Shown one piece after another: positions 26,172 to 39,600 of a stretch of 64,000 nt of DNA. Numbering within the stretch: the stretch's first letter is position 1; each line of letters opens with the position of its first letter. The translations under genes were made by a program, and so were the position numbers. The notes beneath the pieces were generated by a model. The model saw only the letters and a list, made by a program, of their open reading frames with translations. It had not been told where the DNA came from and made no database searches. The stretch is from Cenococcum geophilum (taxonomy: Eukaryota): positions 31,992,001 to 32,056,000 of the forward strand of contig CP158635.1 in assembly GCA_050273025.1 (NCBI GenBank). Direction: 5' to 3'.

Positions 26172-28617
26172 ATGGCTTGAATGGTAGAACCCCTCGATTG
26201 GCTTCAAATACTTATAGCTAACTGGAAAGTTGCGTAGTGCTTACTCTAACCTAAAAAGTTTCCCCTAGGCCAACTAATTACCAACTGGCTTGCAGAATTA
26301 ATTCCAGTAGTTGGGACCAACGCGCAACTTCTACCACACGAAACTTTCTATTTTCACTCACATTGCATATCCACCATTGCCCTCGTATTGTTTTAGTATC
26401 AGCAAGGCAGGTCCGGTCCATTGTACAATAACTCTGAGTGGATATGTCTTTCTACTTGCCTGCCCCGGCATTTTTCTTTTGTTCAAAATTGGCTTTTCCT
26501 GCGTCCTTCTCTACACCAACGTCCGGTTTCATGTGGTAGTCGTCTTTCTATATTCAGATGGCATCGGTTGGTTGATATCACTCTAACACGCTAAGGATGC
26601 TGCTGCTGGTTAGGTGCATGTTTTTGGAGCTTGTATGTAGAATCTTTCAAATGTATTATTCCTTTATTTTGAACTCCCATGAAATGGTAACGTTTCTCCG
26701 TTCGCTGTTTAATCGAAGTGGGCATATTCAGGGAGTAGAATTTTCGGCTTGCACACCACCGATACCCTTTTTAGATGTACTATGTTCCAGAGCCGATAAA
26801 AGCCAGGAGAAGTTATGTTTTCTGCAAGCCGGGGGCATAAACCTAGTGTCTGCTACAATGCCCCCACTAACGCCACGGACTCATCACGCTTCGGAAGCAG
26901 AATACTACAATTATGAAGACCCGTGGCGCACTAGGGAGTTAACTATCGTTAGGGGGAGCAACACCTAGCAACCATTATCCCTTCGCCTGATCTCATTCCC
27001 TACAACCAACGCTGGCACTGTCTCCGGGTTGTTGCATTATCTTCCAACTCTCCAAAATGGACCCATCACAACGCCAATTCGTGGCTGTGGAATCATACGG
27101 CACAAGCCGCGGCATCGAAACACTTGGAAATAAATTCGACTATTCTGCGACCAGTCACATTCTTGGATAATAGATATTCTGAGACAGTTGTGTGATCCAA
27201 AGGAATCCTGTGGACTTGCGTAACAATAGTCCTCATCCTTTTCTTTGTTGACTTGCGAGAGGCTGTTCCCAATTTCAATATCCTTCAGATGGCTATTCCT
27301 GCACAGTTAATATTGCACGAAGAGGATCAGAGCTTTTACCTCACTCGTATCTCCATGAATCTAAACAACAGAGCATCCAGCGTGGGAAACTTTGGATTCC
27401 CATGCATGCGCCTTCCCGCCTTGACAATGTAAGCCAAAATTCCATGAAAGAATCTAGACTACCGCGCTAGCTGCCGGGTCAATTCCAGTTCAATTGTCCC
27501 TCGAAAATTAAAAATTAAAGGTTGATGAAGACTTTCGAGAGACTTATACCGGCGCAGTAGCATTCTAGCGACTCCACATGAAGCGTGCATTCCCCATCCG
27601 CTGTAACATCTTTGACGACTCTCCGCATCTCAGTGATTTCTCAGGTACAAGCCCCACTATCCTTGCATATACAAGTCCACTAGTTCCTTGCTTACCTCGG
27701 CCGCATTGGCATCCTAGACCGAAGCATCGTAGTCGAATCGCCAGGCACTGAAAAAGAGGAATCATCCTAGTCATTATCGACTGCTAAGCAGCCTGCTCCG
27801 GTGGAGAAATGCTCAACTCTTTTACGACACTCTACGCCATCCATCGAAGGATCGCTTTCACAGCCCGGTAGCCATGAGGAGCAGGCTATATTTTCAGTAC
27901 GGTGTGAATACACTCTCGAAGAAGGCAACGTTTACGGCGTGGTTAGTGGAACTCACCAAGCTTTCACTCGCTACGAAGACGAGCAGATACACAGTCCTGG
28001 AGCCATCCAGTCGCACGGCATGCTCGCTAGCTTGCAGAGAGTTGAGAGGTCTAAGTTGAATACGTTGCCGGCGTCATCAACGAGAATTCGCACACCATCT
28101 GCAAATACACTCTCCCAAGCATATTTACTCTGGACTGCTTTCTCCAGGTCTTTTAGGTTCATCAGCGGCCCGTATTCCATTCCCATGCACATACAACCTG
28201 GAGCAAATATGTCGCTATCTCCCAATCGGCCGAACCAAAAGTCTTCTCGATATCTCATTCATAGACCCTTGCGGTTACCTAATACCGTGCTGGTGTGCCA
28301 TGCACTACCTAGGTGCTGGCCACGAGCTTCTCGTATGTGAGTTTGAGTTCCAAGACTACTGGCACGCGGAAAGTCCTGCAATGCCGGGTGGCCTTACTTC
28401 AACGCCGTATAATACCTTAGACAGCGATCCCCTAGATGCCGCATCAAGCCTTGGAAACAGGAGTCAGCCACTTAATATTGCTTTGTCAACCTCAGATATC
28501 TTTACTGGAGATGGGAGGGCAATGGAAGTACTAAATGTGATGTCACAAATTCAGAGGCAGCTCTCAGTGGCATCAAGTGTCCATGATCTTTTGGAGATCA
28601 TTGTTGGAGTCGTACAC

Positions 28618-28875
28618 TGTCGACCTGAATCGGACTTCCTTACCACCATCGTACTACTGTCTGACGACCTAGATCGTCTATACGAACTATGTCTCAGTTG
28701 TCTCGTATCTTGAGTTCGTATGTCTCATCGAACATCTCATTACCTGTTTCTATTAACTATGACCTACTAAATGATGACGTCGTCGTCATTGTATTTGGAC
28801 CTACCTGATGTATATAAGAGAGCTTCTAGAGCCCTCTTTAATAAACAGAGTCCTCATCCTATTCTACGTTCAACA
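28618..28875. mobile_element. Solo LTR, family A copy 3
   Basis: TGTCGA...TCAACA, TSD TACAC; inserted in phytochrome GAF-coding region. Confidence 0.9.
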
Positions 28876-29013
28876 TACACGAACTAACTGCTTTCATTGC
28901 TGCATGATTTGTCAAATTCGATCAATCCTTCAATGGCAAGGTTGTTGCAGAACTCGCCAACCCTCATGCAAGCAGCGATTTTATAAGGGTCTACATTTTC
29001 CTGCAACTGATAA

Positions 29014-29104
29014 ACGTATGACGGTTTGCAGGTTTTGCACCTAGTTTTGAAGTTCCAAACCGTCATAGCCCTATCGCCGCCATAACCCACCCTATCACCT
29101 ACGT
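29014..29104. mobile_element. ~90-bp TIR relic (Fot1/pogo-like ACGT ends)
   Basis: Begins and ends with ACGT, followed by TA; internal inverted repeat tatgacggtttg / caaaccgtcata; splits the phytochrome D-I-P motif. Confidence 0.6.
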
Positions 29105-29224
29105 TACCCAAGCAAGATAACTGTATAAAATCAACAAACTCCGAGTCCTCTTTGACAGGGAGCAAAAACCTGAGCGTCTAGTCTGCCGATCCGTTGCTGA
29201 TCTTGCTATCCCGATCGACCTAAC

Positions 29225-32200
29225 TGTCGATCCAGGTCAGATTTTGCCGATTACCATGCTCCTGTTCTAGTTTCCTATTGTCTCGGTCAGCGACTCGGTC
29301 AACGACTCGGTCACCGACGTAGTCCACTGCCCCTTCTTCCTTATGTATACATAGAGCGGACAGGATACGGACAGTAACTCTTGGCAGTAACTTTACTGTC
29401 CGAATCTTTTGCCAAGTTCGATTCTGCCGGTGTAAAATCAGTGGCTTGGAGCTTGTTTTTGGCGTTGTAGATCTTGATTTTAGAGCCGTATATCAATTGA
29501 CTGGCGTAAAGCCACTGCGTCGCAATTGAGCCATGCTTGAGTCGTAATCTGCACCTGCATCGTGAGCCTTGGCGTGGTGTTGTACGCGAGAATATTCAAT
29601 TGAGGTTTAGGAAGGGGTTATAATTCAATTAAATTATAGACATTATAATCTAAAGTCTCCGCGGCGCAGTGGTATGGTAAGCTCTATAATTGCTTTAATT
29701 TGATTTGGAGCTAGCCTAATATAATTATATTACTTTTCTCGAAGTTCTTAAGTGGCCCATTAAACCACGATGTAAATACATAGGTTTAATATGACTTAGA
29801 GCATTAAAAATAAGATAAGAATAATATAATTAATTTAAAGCTTTGCTGACACGCGGTTTAATAGGAAATAACCTTTTTTTTAAATATTTTTAATACGCCA
29901 CTAATGGGAACTAAACCCGCAACCTCCTACTTCCCTATTAGGCCAAGGGCCTTAGCGGCGATGTAATAAGGCTCGGCGGTAATATAATAAGACTCGGCGC
30001 TAAGCATTAGAAGGAGACTAAGGTTGCTCGGCCACTGTAGGAGAGCTATAGTGCTTGGGGTGGTATCGAACTTTAGGAGTATCTAGATCCTAGATCGCGA
30101 TTATTAAAAATCGTATTGCCGGAAAGCTTGCCGTAGGAACATAATTAATGACCCCCTACTAATATTACCAATATCAGTAGTAGGGTCTAGCTAAGTTGTA
30201 GAGGACTTCTTTGTATGCGTATTAAATACAGTATAAGGTGGCGGCTTTAATAGAGTAAGGTAGTGAGTTATAAATTACTACTGTTAATTAGGAACAGCCG
30301 CATCTACTAAAGCCGCGAAACGGCGTTAAATGGCTATATCTCTGGTTAATTCCGAGCCAGTATACGTTTTCCTAATTTGGCTTAGTATTGAGCTGTATAA
30401 GGGAGTTATTAGAGTTATTAGAGTTACCGAAGTCTTAGCTAGAGGATGTTATAGTAGAAGGTGATCCTAGTGGACGAACGAATATATTTAATAATATAGA
30501 CTCCTGCTCTAGCTCTACCCTCGATGTAGGTGCTTTAGGTAAGCTGCTCCGTAATATAACTAAGTTATCTAATAGAGGCTTTTTGTTTCCAGAGGCTGTA
30601 GGTAAGGTTAGTAACTAATGTTTCCGCTTCTTATTAGCTGCTCGCGGTAAGTCTTATAGTAAGTACTGCAACCTTCCAGGCGCAGTTGATGCAGGAGGTG
30701 CATTTGACGACTCTATACTCTTAAATATTTTAAGCTCCTTACGTACACCCACTGCTAGCCGCTGCCTATTCTTCTGTTACTTCTTCTATTATTTTGCCTG
30801 CTCTTTATTCCTTACTGCTTTCTTAGCCTACTTAAGGCTAGTAAGGCCACGCTTTCTAGCCTTGCCCTTCTTCTTAAACTCCACCTTTAAAGTTTGAACA
30901 GTATTAGGTAGCTCTACCGGTATAAGGTTATCCTTATTCCACAGCTCTCCAAATTTAAGAAGGAGCTGTTAAGTCTGCCACCGGAATAAGTCTGTAAGAA
31001 CCTCTGCTTGCTTAAGTGGATATGTCTTTATAATTGCATTATAGACCGCACTTGCTGCACCTAACGCCATATCTACTCCACCGTTACTGAAACGATTACC
31101 ATTGGTAGTAGCTTTATCATCGGCGCTAAGTTAAGTGGCGTAGCTTAGTTGCCAGTTAAACGTAATAGTAGGCGGCCCGTTAAGTAGCTACCGCGGATAT
31201 AGAAGACTTAGTGGTAGCGACGCCGAGTCTTACATAGCCTTCTCCATCTAGTAATGATATGGGAGGCCATATTAAATAGGAAGGTCGTAGTCGCCTTATG
31301 CTAAATAGCAACCGTATTTACTATGGCCGTCCTTAGTATTAAATCTACGAGTGTAGAACTCTAGGAGTTGCTAACTTATGCGAGCAATAACTTAACTTTC
31401 CTTAAGCGGCCCATACCTTTAATAGTCCTTATTAAGTTAGCCAAATTGCCTATAGTTAGATTTAACGACTTCCTATTTGTCTTGTATAAACCTAATAGCC
31501 TTATTAGTTACCTGGCCCTATAGTAACCGGAATACGTAGGTATCTTAAAGCCAAAAAGACTCCCTATAATCCTTATGCTCTAGCCTCTTATACTCTATAA
31601 ACTTCTTATTAATTACTAACTTAATCTAAGTAGCGACTTCTAGTAATTTAAGCTCTTTATATAACCTTACTTTTATCCTTAAATAAATTAACTCCCCTCA
31701 CTATGAGGTATTGGCACTAAGATTACGGTAGTGGCGCGTGTATGCCCTATTAAAGTAGGCTTCCTTTAGGCGCTAGTATTCTTTAACTTTAAGAGCCTCC
31801 GGCTGGTTAAGTTAACATATAAATACAGTATAATTGGCTTTAAGTTTAATAGGATTCTCTAACTTAATATATTTCTATATTAGTTCTTCTATAGGCTTCC
31901 GTTTCTCCTTAGTGTAACCACCACTATTAACTAATATAGTCTTAATATTTTCAGCAATGTGCCACTCATAGAGCTGTATTTAGATATCCTCCTCTATAAG
32001 CTTCTCCGTAGCTAATACAAAGCCGGCTCCCTAATTACTAATGTAAACTTTTAGGCCAGGTATATCGTAGAATATAAACTCGTTTATAAAGTCGTGCATC
32101 TCCTTAAATACCTACTCGGCCTTAGATAAGACGAGTAAGTGCATAATTAGAACTGTCTTGCTAGTATTTGTTATAGTTACCATAGTTAATAGCGGCATGC

Positions 32201-33829
32201 GGAGCTGGTTTATTAAGAATATTACATTAATGTAAATATAGAAGCCGGAAGCAAATTAATATACAAAAGTAATCTGCTCTAGAGTTAAGAAGGTAATTTA
32301 AACAAGGACTTAAGAGGTATAGTCACCTAGGGGGAATGGCAAGTCAGTATTTAGTTAGTGGTAAGAAAGCAAATTAATATCCCGAACGCTTTGATATCTA
32401 AGCACTCCGGGCTACACGGCTATACGGTTAAACTATTATATTTAGTGGGCCTATAGTACTAATTAGTAGCTTAGCTATATTAGAAATTGCCGCACTATCT
32501 ATGCTATTGGGAGAGGAGCCGACGGAGGCTTAATCTGGCCAACCATAATAAGGCAAAGGAAGGTTGTTCTTAATGATATCTTACTACCGCTTAGATCTTA
32601 TAACCGCCCAGGTCTTAAAAAAGTAATAAGCTTACCTAATTTAGGATTAACTTTAGCGTAGATACGCGAGCGTATATAGAAGCCGGCTTATTAGAGAGCC
32701 GAACACAGCTCCTTAAATCGCTCCTACTTTGTTATACCTGCCTTCTATATACCTTAACAAATCTGCCCTCCCATATTCCAGTAGTCACGACTAGTAATTA
32801 GTAGCAACTTATTAGAGGATAGAAGTCGCCGCACATGCATTGGCAGCTTGGTGTTTAAGAGCCTTTGCTATACTTGCTGTATAATTTAGCCAACAGTTCT
32901 TATACTTTAGGAGAGCAAGAGGATTTGGTATAGCCGCGCAGGTATATATACCGTTATTAATCTTTATAAGCTAGGTAATAGCTCTATTAACTATATTTTT
33001 GTGAGCGGAAACTTAATAGGGACAGCTCTTCTTTAAAATCTTCCTATTTAGTTGCCCAAGATGTCTACCTCCCTCGTCTATTTGCCGGCGGTCCTCCTCC
33101 ATAAGCTTCTGATTGTTATAAGTCTCTTTACCATAAGCTCTGCACTTTATATAGACTCGCTATGCAACCTGGCCACTACTTATACAGAGCTCGCGGCCTT
33201 AAGAGAACGTATAGTTGTTAAAGCGCTATATTACTAAATCGCGAGTATTATAGTGCTCACTAGCTTCTGGCTTAAGCAAGTGTTTAGGAGGGATGGATTA
33301 AATAGCTGCCTGCATTGCCGCGATCGCATCTTTGTTTCTTAGCTTCTCGTAGGCCTTCCATTTAACTGGTTGGTTTGCTTAAGGTGTGGCGGTAGTAGGA
33401 GCATCTATTTTAAATAAGAATCTAGTTCTACTTAGTGTAGAGCCTAGGGCGCCATAGCTGCGTATTTATATGGAGGGTGGTTGGCAATTAAGAGGCGTTA
33501 ATTGACGTTGATGTTGACGTGACGTTGATTTTAGCGGTGATAAAATTCGTGTTTTTATTTGATCGTGCAACAGCTCGCAGGGGTGCCGGGGGGGTGCCGG
33601 GGTATTTAGTAAACATTGCATTTGTATGGCTTTTACTAGTAAAATAGGTGCTTGAGTAGTGTCTTGGCCACCTCACCGCCCCAGCTTCCGCTTAATCTGG
33701 AAAAGATTCGGACAGTAAAGTTACTGCCAAGAGTTACTGTCCGTATCCTGTCCGTACATAGAGGCTATAGAGCCACATTCAATAGACAGAGTCATCATTC
33801 TTTTTATCTTTTTGGTCTTCCGATCGACA
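29225..33829. mobile_element. Solo LTR, family B (split by MULE: 29225-29356 and 33755-33829)
   Basis: TGTCGATC...GATCGACA ends, TSD CTAAC; shares agagcca(c/t)attcaatagac motif with family A. Confidence 0.88.
29357..33754 (-). mobile_element. Mutator-like (MULE) DNA transposon, RIP-inactivated
   Basis: ~50-bp TIR cggacaggatacggacagtaactcttggcagtaac; 9-bp TSD TACATAGAG; minus-strand MULE-domain relic NQLRMPLLTMVTITNTSKT at ~32150-32215. Confidence 0.92.
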
Positions 33830-35595
33830 CTAACCCATTCTTATCTAAGAGCAACATCCTCCGTTCGTCTCAAATATTTGGAGAGTATGGGAGTGCGTTC
33901 AACCATGAGCGTGTCCTTGGGTTGTCGTGATGAGCTTTGGAGTCTAATTTGTTGTCATTCGTATGGTCCCACTGGGTAGGCTTATGCGCGTCAAACTGTC
34001 TCGGCAAGCTCTTGAATGCTACTAAACTCCAGGCTCGCAAAGTATTGGACGCAATTCAGGTGAGCAAGATTCCTGGTGTCTGCATCACGGCGTCTTTAGA
34101 GGAACTTTAAATAAAACTTTTCCGAACCGATTTTGGGTTTCTGGTGGTTCAGGGCGAAGCCAGAACAATCGGCAAACTGGCTTCGTACCTTGAAGCAATA
34201 ACACTTCTCAACTACGTTAATTTCCGTAGATTCGAAAGCGTTCTCGCTTCTGAGAACATCAGGAAGGATTTCTCCGTTCTAAACTACGATCCGGGCTTCA
34301 AGCACATTGCGAGCCTTATGTTCATACCCCTATCTTCTATCGCCGGAGACTTTGTAGTCTTCTTCAGAGAGAACCAGATCAAGGAAATCCATTGTGCCGG
34401 AAACCATAACATCGAAAAGTTGGGGTCTTTGGAACTCAGAGACAGTTTCAAGAAGTGGACGGAAAGGGTTCAGGGCGTCTGTACGGAGTGGACAGGAGCA
34501 ATGTAAGCTTTGGACCATCTTCTTATTGGGTTAACTAACTGTAGCTGGCCAATAGTCGACGCAGCAGCAATGGCGGTGCTTGCGTATGGAAATTTCATTA
34601 GGAGGCAGCCACACAGGGTTTACGCATGAAACAACTGCTATTACGTAATGTTTTCCATGCAGGTACGTGTGCTTACTCCAACCCTACAAGGAAGTGCAAG
34701 TCAAGGATCGGTCTGCACTCCTCTCAATGTTATCGCCAACTACTTTGAAATAGCTCTCGAAAACCCGTTGGACGATTCGACAAGAGCGACTCTCTCACTA
34801 TCTCATTCAGCCTCCAAGCCTTTAGTTTATGTAATCGATGGTCTTCTCTATCTTACCGGGACTGCAAAGGAGCCGACACCCCTCATTGCCAAAGCCTACG
34901 ACATCCGGGCAGGGCTTCACGAAACATTCCGAACACTAGGGCAGCGCGCTATTCGGAAGTCCATCGGTTTCGAAGTTATTGGATAGTCCAATTTTCTGCG
35001 CTTTGTGCGAGGCGATCTCCAACGAATACAGCAAGTAGTCTTGAGCCTTGTTCTCAACGCATTTCAATCTACTTTGGAGGGCGTTATTACCATCCATTTG
35101 AAGGGGGAAACCGCAACAGAGAAGGACTGCGTTGTTCAGATATCAGTCGAAGACAGCAGAATCGGTATGTCAGAAAGGGATTTTGATAATTTATGCCAGG
35201 AATATCGATAGGTGACTGGTGAGGAAATCTACGGAGACAAAATCCCGCTAGCATCCGAGGAGGCGATTACCGACGGATGCCACTTGGCCTCGCCTTAGTC
35301 GCACGATTTGTCGAGAACACCAATGGCCAGATACGTGTGAGGTCGACAAAAGGAAAGGGCTCAATATTTTCCCTTCACATAACTTTACAACTTTGGCCCC
35401 CAAGCAACCAAGATGATTAGAGAATTAAAAAAACAGCACGGCCCTCTCCCCTGCCCCGCGCTACAATCACCTGCGGCCGCGTACCAATACTCACCGTCTC
35501 AGCTTCGTTGAGCAGCGACCGTGCGGCTTTTTGATGGAAATAGGCTTTGATGGATGGTTATTGAAGCCGATTAATTTCCGAAGGTTGGGAGTGAT

Positions 35596-36386
35596 CGGCC
35601 AGGATCCGGACAGTAACACTTGGCAGTAACTTTACTGTCCGAATCTTTTGATCAGCGGCGGCCCAGCAGGCGGTAGAGGAAGCCAAGACACTACTTGGGG
35701 CCTATTTTAGTCTTCCCGTTATCTATTTTTATTCTTTCTTGTGCTTTAACTACGTGTCTCCCCCTACGCGTCTCTCTCTACGCGTCTCTCTCTATGCGTC
35801 TCCCTTTGTAAAAGAGACGCGGGCAGGGCACGGGCAGAGACGCGAGCAGAGCCACGAGCAGAGCCACCAGCAGAGGCACAAGCAGAGGGAGCAAAGAGAG
35901 AAGCAAAGGGAGAAGTAAATGAGGCAGCCTAGATAGGAAGGTGGGTCGGGAGGGTGAGTCTAGATGAACAGTGCTCAGTTGATCTACAGGGGTGGGTTAA
36001 GGCTTAGCTTTAATATTCCCTTTCTAAGTGGCTCTGCTCGTGACTCTACCCGTGGTCTGCCCGTGTCTTCTTGCGTCTCCTTATGCGTCTCTTTGCACGT
36101 CTTATAGGGGGTTAAGTAGAGAGGTGTAGAGACATAGATGCAGAGATATATAAAGGCATAGAGGCTTAGAGGTATAGAGGCGCAGAGGCATAGAGGCGCA
36201 GAGGCGCAGAGGCGTAGAGGCGCAGGGAGAGGCGTAGAGGCGCCTCTAGGGGTAGACCGTGCTAAATTAAGCTACGACTCTAAGAAATAAGCTCTAAGCC
36301 ACTAATTTTGCACCGGCAGAATGGAACTTGGCGGAAGATTCGGACAGTAGGGTTACTGCCAAGTGTTACTGTGCGGATCCTGGCTG
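35596..36386. mobile_element. Non-autonomous MULE-related element
   Basis: TIRs homologous to those of 29357-33754; interior made of short tandem motifs (acgcgtctctctct, gagcagagccac, gcagaggc); no clean TSD. Confidence 0.85.
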
Positions 36387-36646
36387 GGGTGGATGCTATT
36401 AGGTGCACTGCATGCAGAGGTGAGTTTAGGTATGTACAAAGAGACCGAATTTATACAGGGCAGCTGGTTTCCTTAATGGATGTTGCGTGGAGGAGTATTT
36501 GGATAACTAATATTCATCTTATGATTATAGTAATAAATGAAAAGCATATTTTGTATGGTAACGAATTAAAAAGTTACCATTTGCAACCAAAGTCTTGTGG
36601 ATATCTCCTGGAAAGTCTGATGAGCGTGTCCATTCAATAACATGCG

Positions 36647-39600
36647 CAGTGGTCTCGATGATATTTTTATTCATTGCTTCTTAACGATATATTTATTCAT
36701 AAGGAGTGATAATAATTGAATATTTTGATAGCCCTTATGAATGAATATTCATAAGATTATAAATATATATAAAGACTTAAAGCTCTCATAGGGTAGTAGG
36801 GTGTAGTAAAAGGATATTGAGGTGTAAACACAGGACCAGTTTTACACTATACGTTCTGATATATACGCAAGAGTCAAATTTTTTAGACTCGCCCATAGAT
36901 GCTTCCTTTCTATAATATTATTTAACACCCCCCCCCTAATACTAACTACAATTTAGTACTATGCCTCCTTCTCTCTTATAATCTATTATTATTAACTCTA
37001 ATAGCAATTCTAACGCCTAATTGGAACTATTTAAGCTTAAAAGCGAGCTCTTTAAAGACCTAAATCCTGATGAAGAATGCGACGCGTTACTCTCTTCTAA
37101 GTCCTCCCCCTAATTCTCCCCCTAATCCTTTAAATAGGCCTATAAAAAACAGAAAGTTCGGGCTATAAATACATGGGCTCTCGCGCGTAAGCCTGTTGGT
37201 AGTAAGCCGCTTATAAATAGTAAAGGAAGGCAATACTGGTACTATGGGCAATATATATTTTAGCGTGATATAGTTACCATAAATATACACACTCATCTAT
37301 TTAATGCCCACGGCGTAGTTATTAAAGAGGAAGACTTAGTTATTAAGCGGGCCACATAGTAGAGTCTTTAGGGCCTATTCTATAAGCAAGGAGAGCTTCA
37401 TATGTAGCAGCTTGAAAGGCAAAAGGACACTATACTATAAGAGAGCGTAAATCCAGCCCTAGTACGCGATGCCCTTGTATAGCTAATTATGGTTTAAAAT
37501 CTACTATATAAGGCAGTAACTTAGCCAGAGCTTTAAGCGCTACTTCTTATAGTAAACTATACCTGCGAAGAGGCTCTAATAGACTCCAATACTATAGTGC
37601 CTAAAATAATTAAGGAGTCCTATGTCCTTAATAAGGAAGTTCTTAAGCAGAAGCTGCAGTCCTCTCTTACGTTAATATACCTCTCACTTAACGCCTAGAC
37701 TTCGCCAAATTAAAAGACTTTTATTGTAATCTACAGTTACTTTATTAACGATACAGGCGTACTTTAAAAGGCTCTACTTACTCTACCTTTCCTTTCTAGT
37801 AAACACGGCGGCAACAAGTAGGTGGAAGTCCTCTGGTAAGTCCTTAAGGACTACCAAATACTTAATAAGGTTAGATACTATATAGGCGATAATTACGGCA
37901 GTAATAATAAACTTCTTTAAGAGCTATCTAAGAGGCTTTAGAAAGTAGGGATAGAAGCTTAATACGATCCACAGTAATACCGTATTCGCTGCTATAGGCA
38001 TATACTTAATATAGCCGCATAAGCTTTCTTCTTCTTAGAGAATAAGGAAGCTGTTAACGCTACCTTTAAGGAGGCTCGCGAGAAGCTTAAGGCAGAGTTA
38101 GATCTTAAGGACGATCAAATTAAGGAGCTCCTTGCTAAAAGGTTTAAAAAAGGGAAGGCCAGCCAGTTTACTTATCGCCAGATTAGTCCTCCAGAAAAGT
38201 TATATAACGTTATTATATATATTTAAAGCTCTAACGCCCACTATAATTACTTTATCGCGACCGCTCTTTAAGCTATTCCTATAGATAATAATATATAGTA
38301 GAACTCGTGGTATTATATAATCTTAGTAGCTCTTAAATTAAAAGACGCAATTATAAAATATTAAGAGCAGTATATTAAGGAATTTGATAAGGAGGATATC
38401 CTTAACGCCGCTAATTGGAGAGCTCTTAAAAATATTAGAGACTTCCTATAGCCCTTCTAGAGAGTTATAAAAGAGACGGAAGGTAACAAGGCTACCCTTA
38501 ATAAGGTGCTTTATACAATGGATTTTATAGTAGAGCACTTTAAATCAGCTCTATATAAGTACGCAGCTAACCTAAAGCTCTACGACTGCATTTAAACCAG
38601 CTGGCACACCTTTAATAAATACTACCTTAAGACTAACGAAGTTACCGTATACGGCGCAGCCTTACTATTAGCTCCTTACTATAGGAAGGCCTATATCAAT
38701 CACAACTAGAAAGCTTCTTAAAGGAAGCCCGTAGTTAATACGGCCTAGAGGCTTTAGGTGAATAAGTATAAGGATAAGTATGCAAGTCAAGTAGAAGAGG
38801 AAGATATTGCTCGTGATTAGGAGCCTAATAAGTACAATATATAGAACAGGAAGTAGTTAATCCTTAACGCAATTAAGGATAAATTTAAACACTTTATCAA
38901 CGCCTCCCCTACCAATCTTCCTACTAGTACTACTGCCCTTAATTAGTGGCTTAATCTAAGCAATTACGTAGACTACCCATCGCTCTACTATATAGCAATA
39001 GATATCTTATCTATACTACCTATATCAGCTAAACCAGAGCAAATATTTTCCAAAGCTTAAAGGACAATTACTTGGCAACGGATAAAGCTTAGGCTAGCGA
39101 ATATTAAGCAATCGGAGTGCTTAAAGTCGTAGGTAAGAGGAGGAGTTGTATAAGGCTAGAGGAGGCAGCTACTAGTGAATATAAGGGGGGAAGGGAAGGG
39201 GTAGAGGACTCTATAGAGACGTCGCCTAGATCAATTTAGGTACAACACCATACCAAGACTGTTAATATTGCCTATATCTACAATATCGCGATTATTCATT
39301 CATATCGCGATATTCTAATTGGCTTATGAATTAAATACGATATTAGGCCTATTTATTCATTCATTCATCATCGAGACTACTAGGAACAGGAAGCAGTTAA
39401 TCCTTAACGCGATTGAGGATAAATTTAAACACTTTATCAACGCCTCCCCTACCAATCTTCCTGCTGGTACTACTGCCCTTAATTGGTGGCTTAATCCAAG
39501 CAATCACGTAGACTACCCATCGCTCTACCGTATGGCAATAGATATCTTATCTATACCACCTATATCAGCTAAACCAGAGCGAATATTTTCCGGAGCTTAA

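Larger units (their letters stand above)
27801..36476 (+). pseudogene. Fungal phytochrome (PAS-GAF-PHY-HisKA-HATPase-REC) pseudogene
   Basis: RYEDEQIHSPGAIQSHG; GLHFPATD|PKQ..LYKINK; DLTHSYLRA across the 29225-33829 insertion; ELWSLICCHSYG; RDSFKKWTE; TPLNVIANYFEIALE; GDLQRIQQ; LGLALVARFVE; GFDGWLLKPINF; many frameshifts/stops. Start approximate. Confidence 0.93.

Noticed and set aside
27040..27460. Possible small spliced ORF on the minus strand upstream of the phytochrome
   Set aside because: An open frame with a plausible intron exists but has no recognisable motif or clear start, so it cannot be supported
39319..39600. 93-aa ORF as an expressed stand-alone hAT dimerisation protein
   Set aside because: TTG start that crosses the TIR/duplication junction; best explained as a chance open stretch in the less-mutated duplicate
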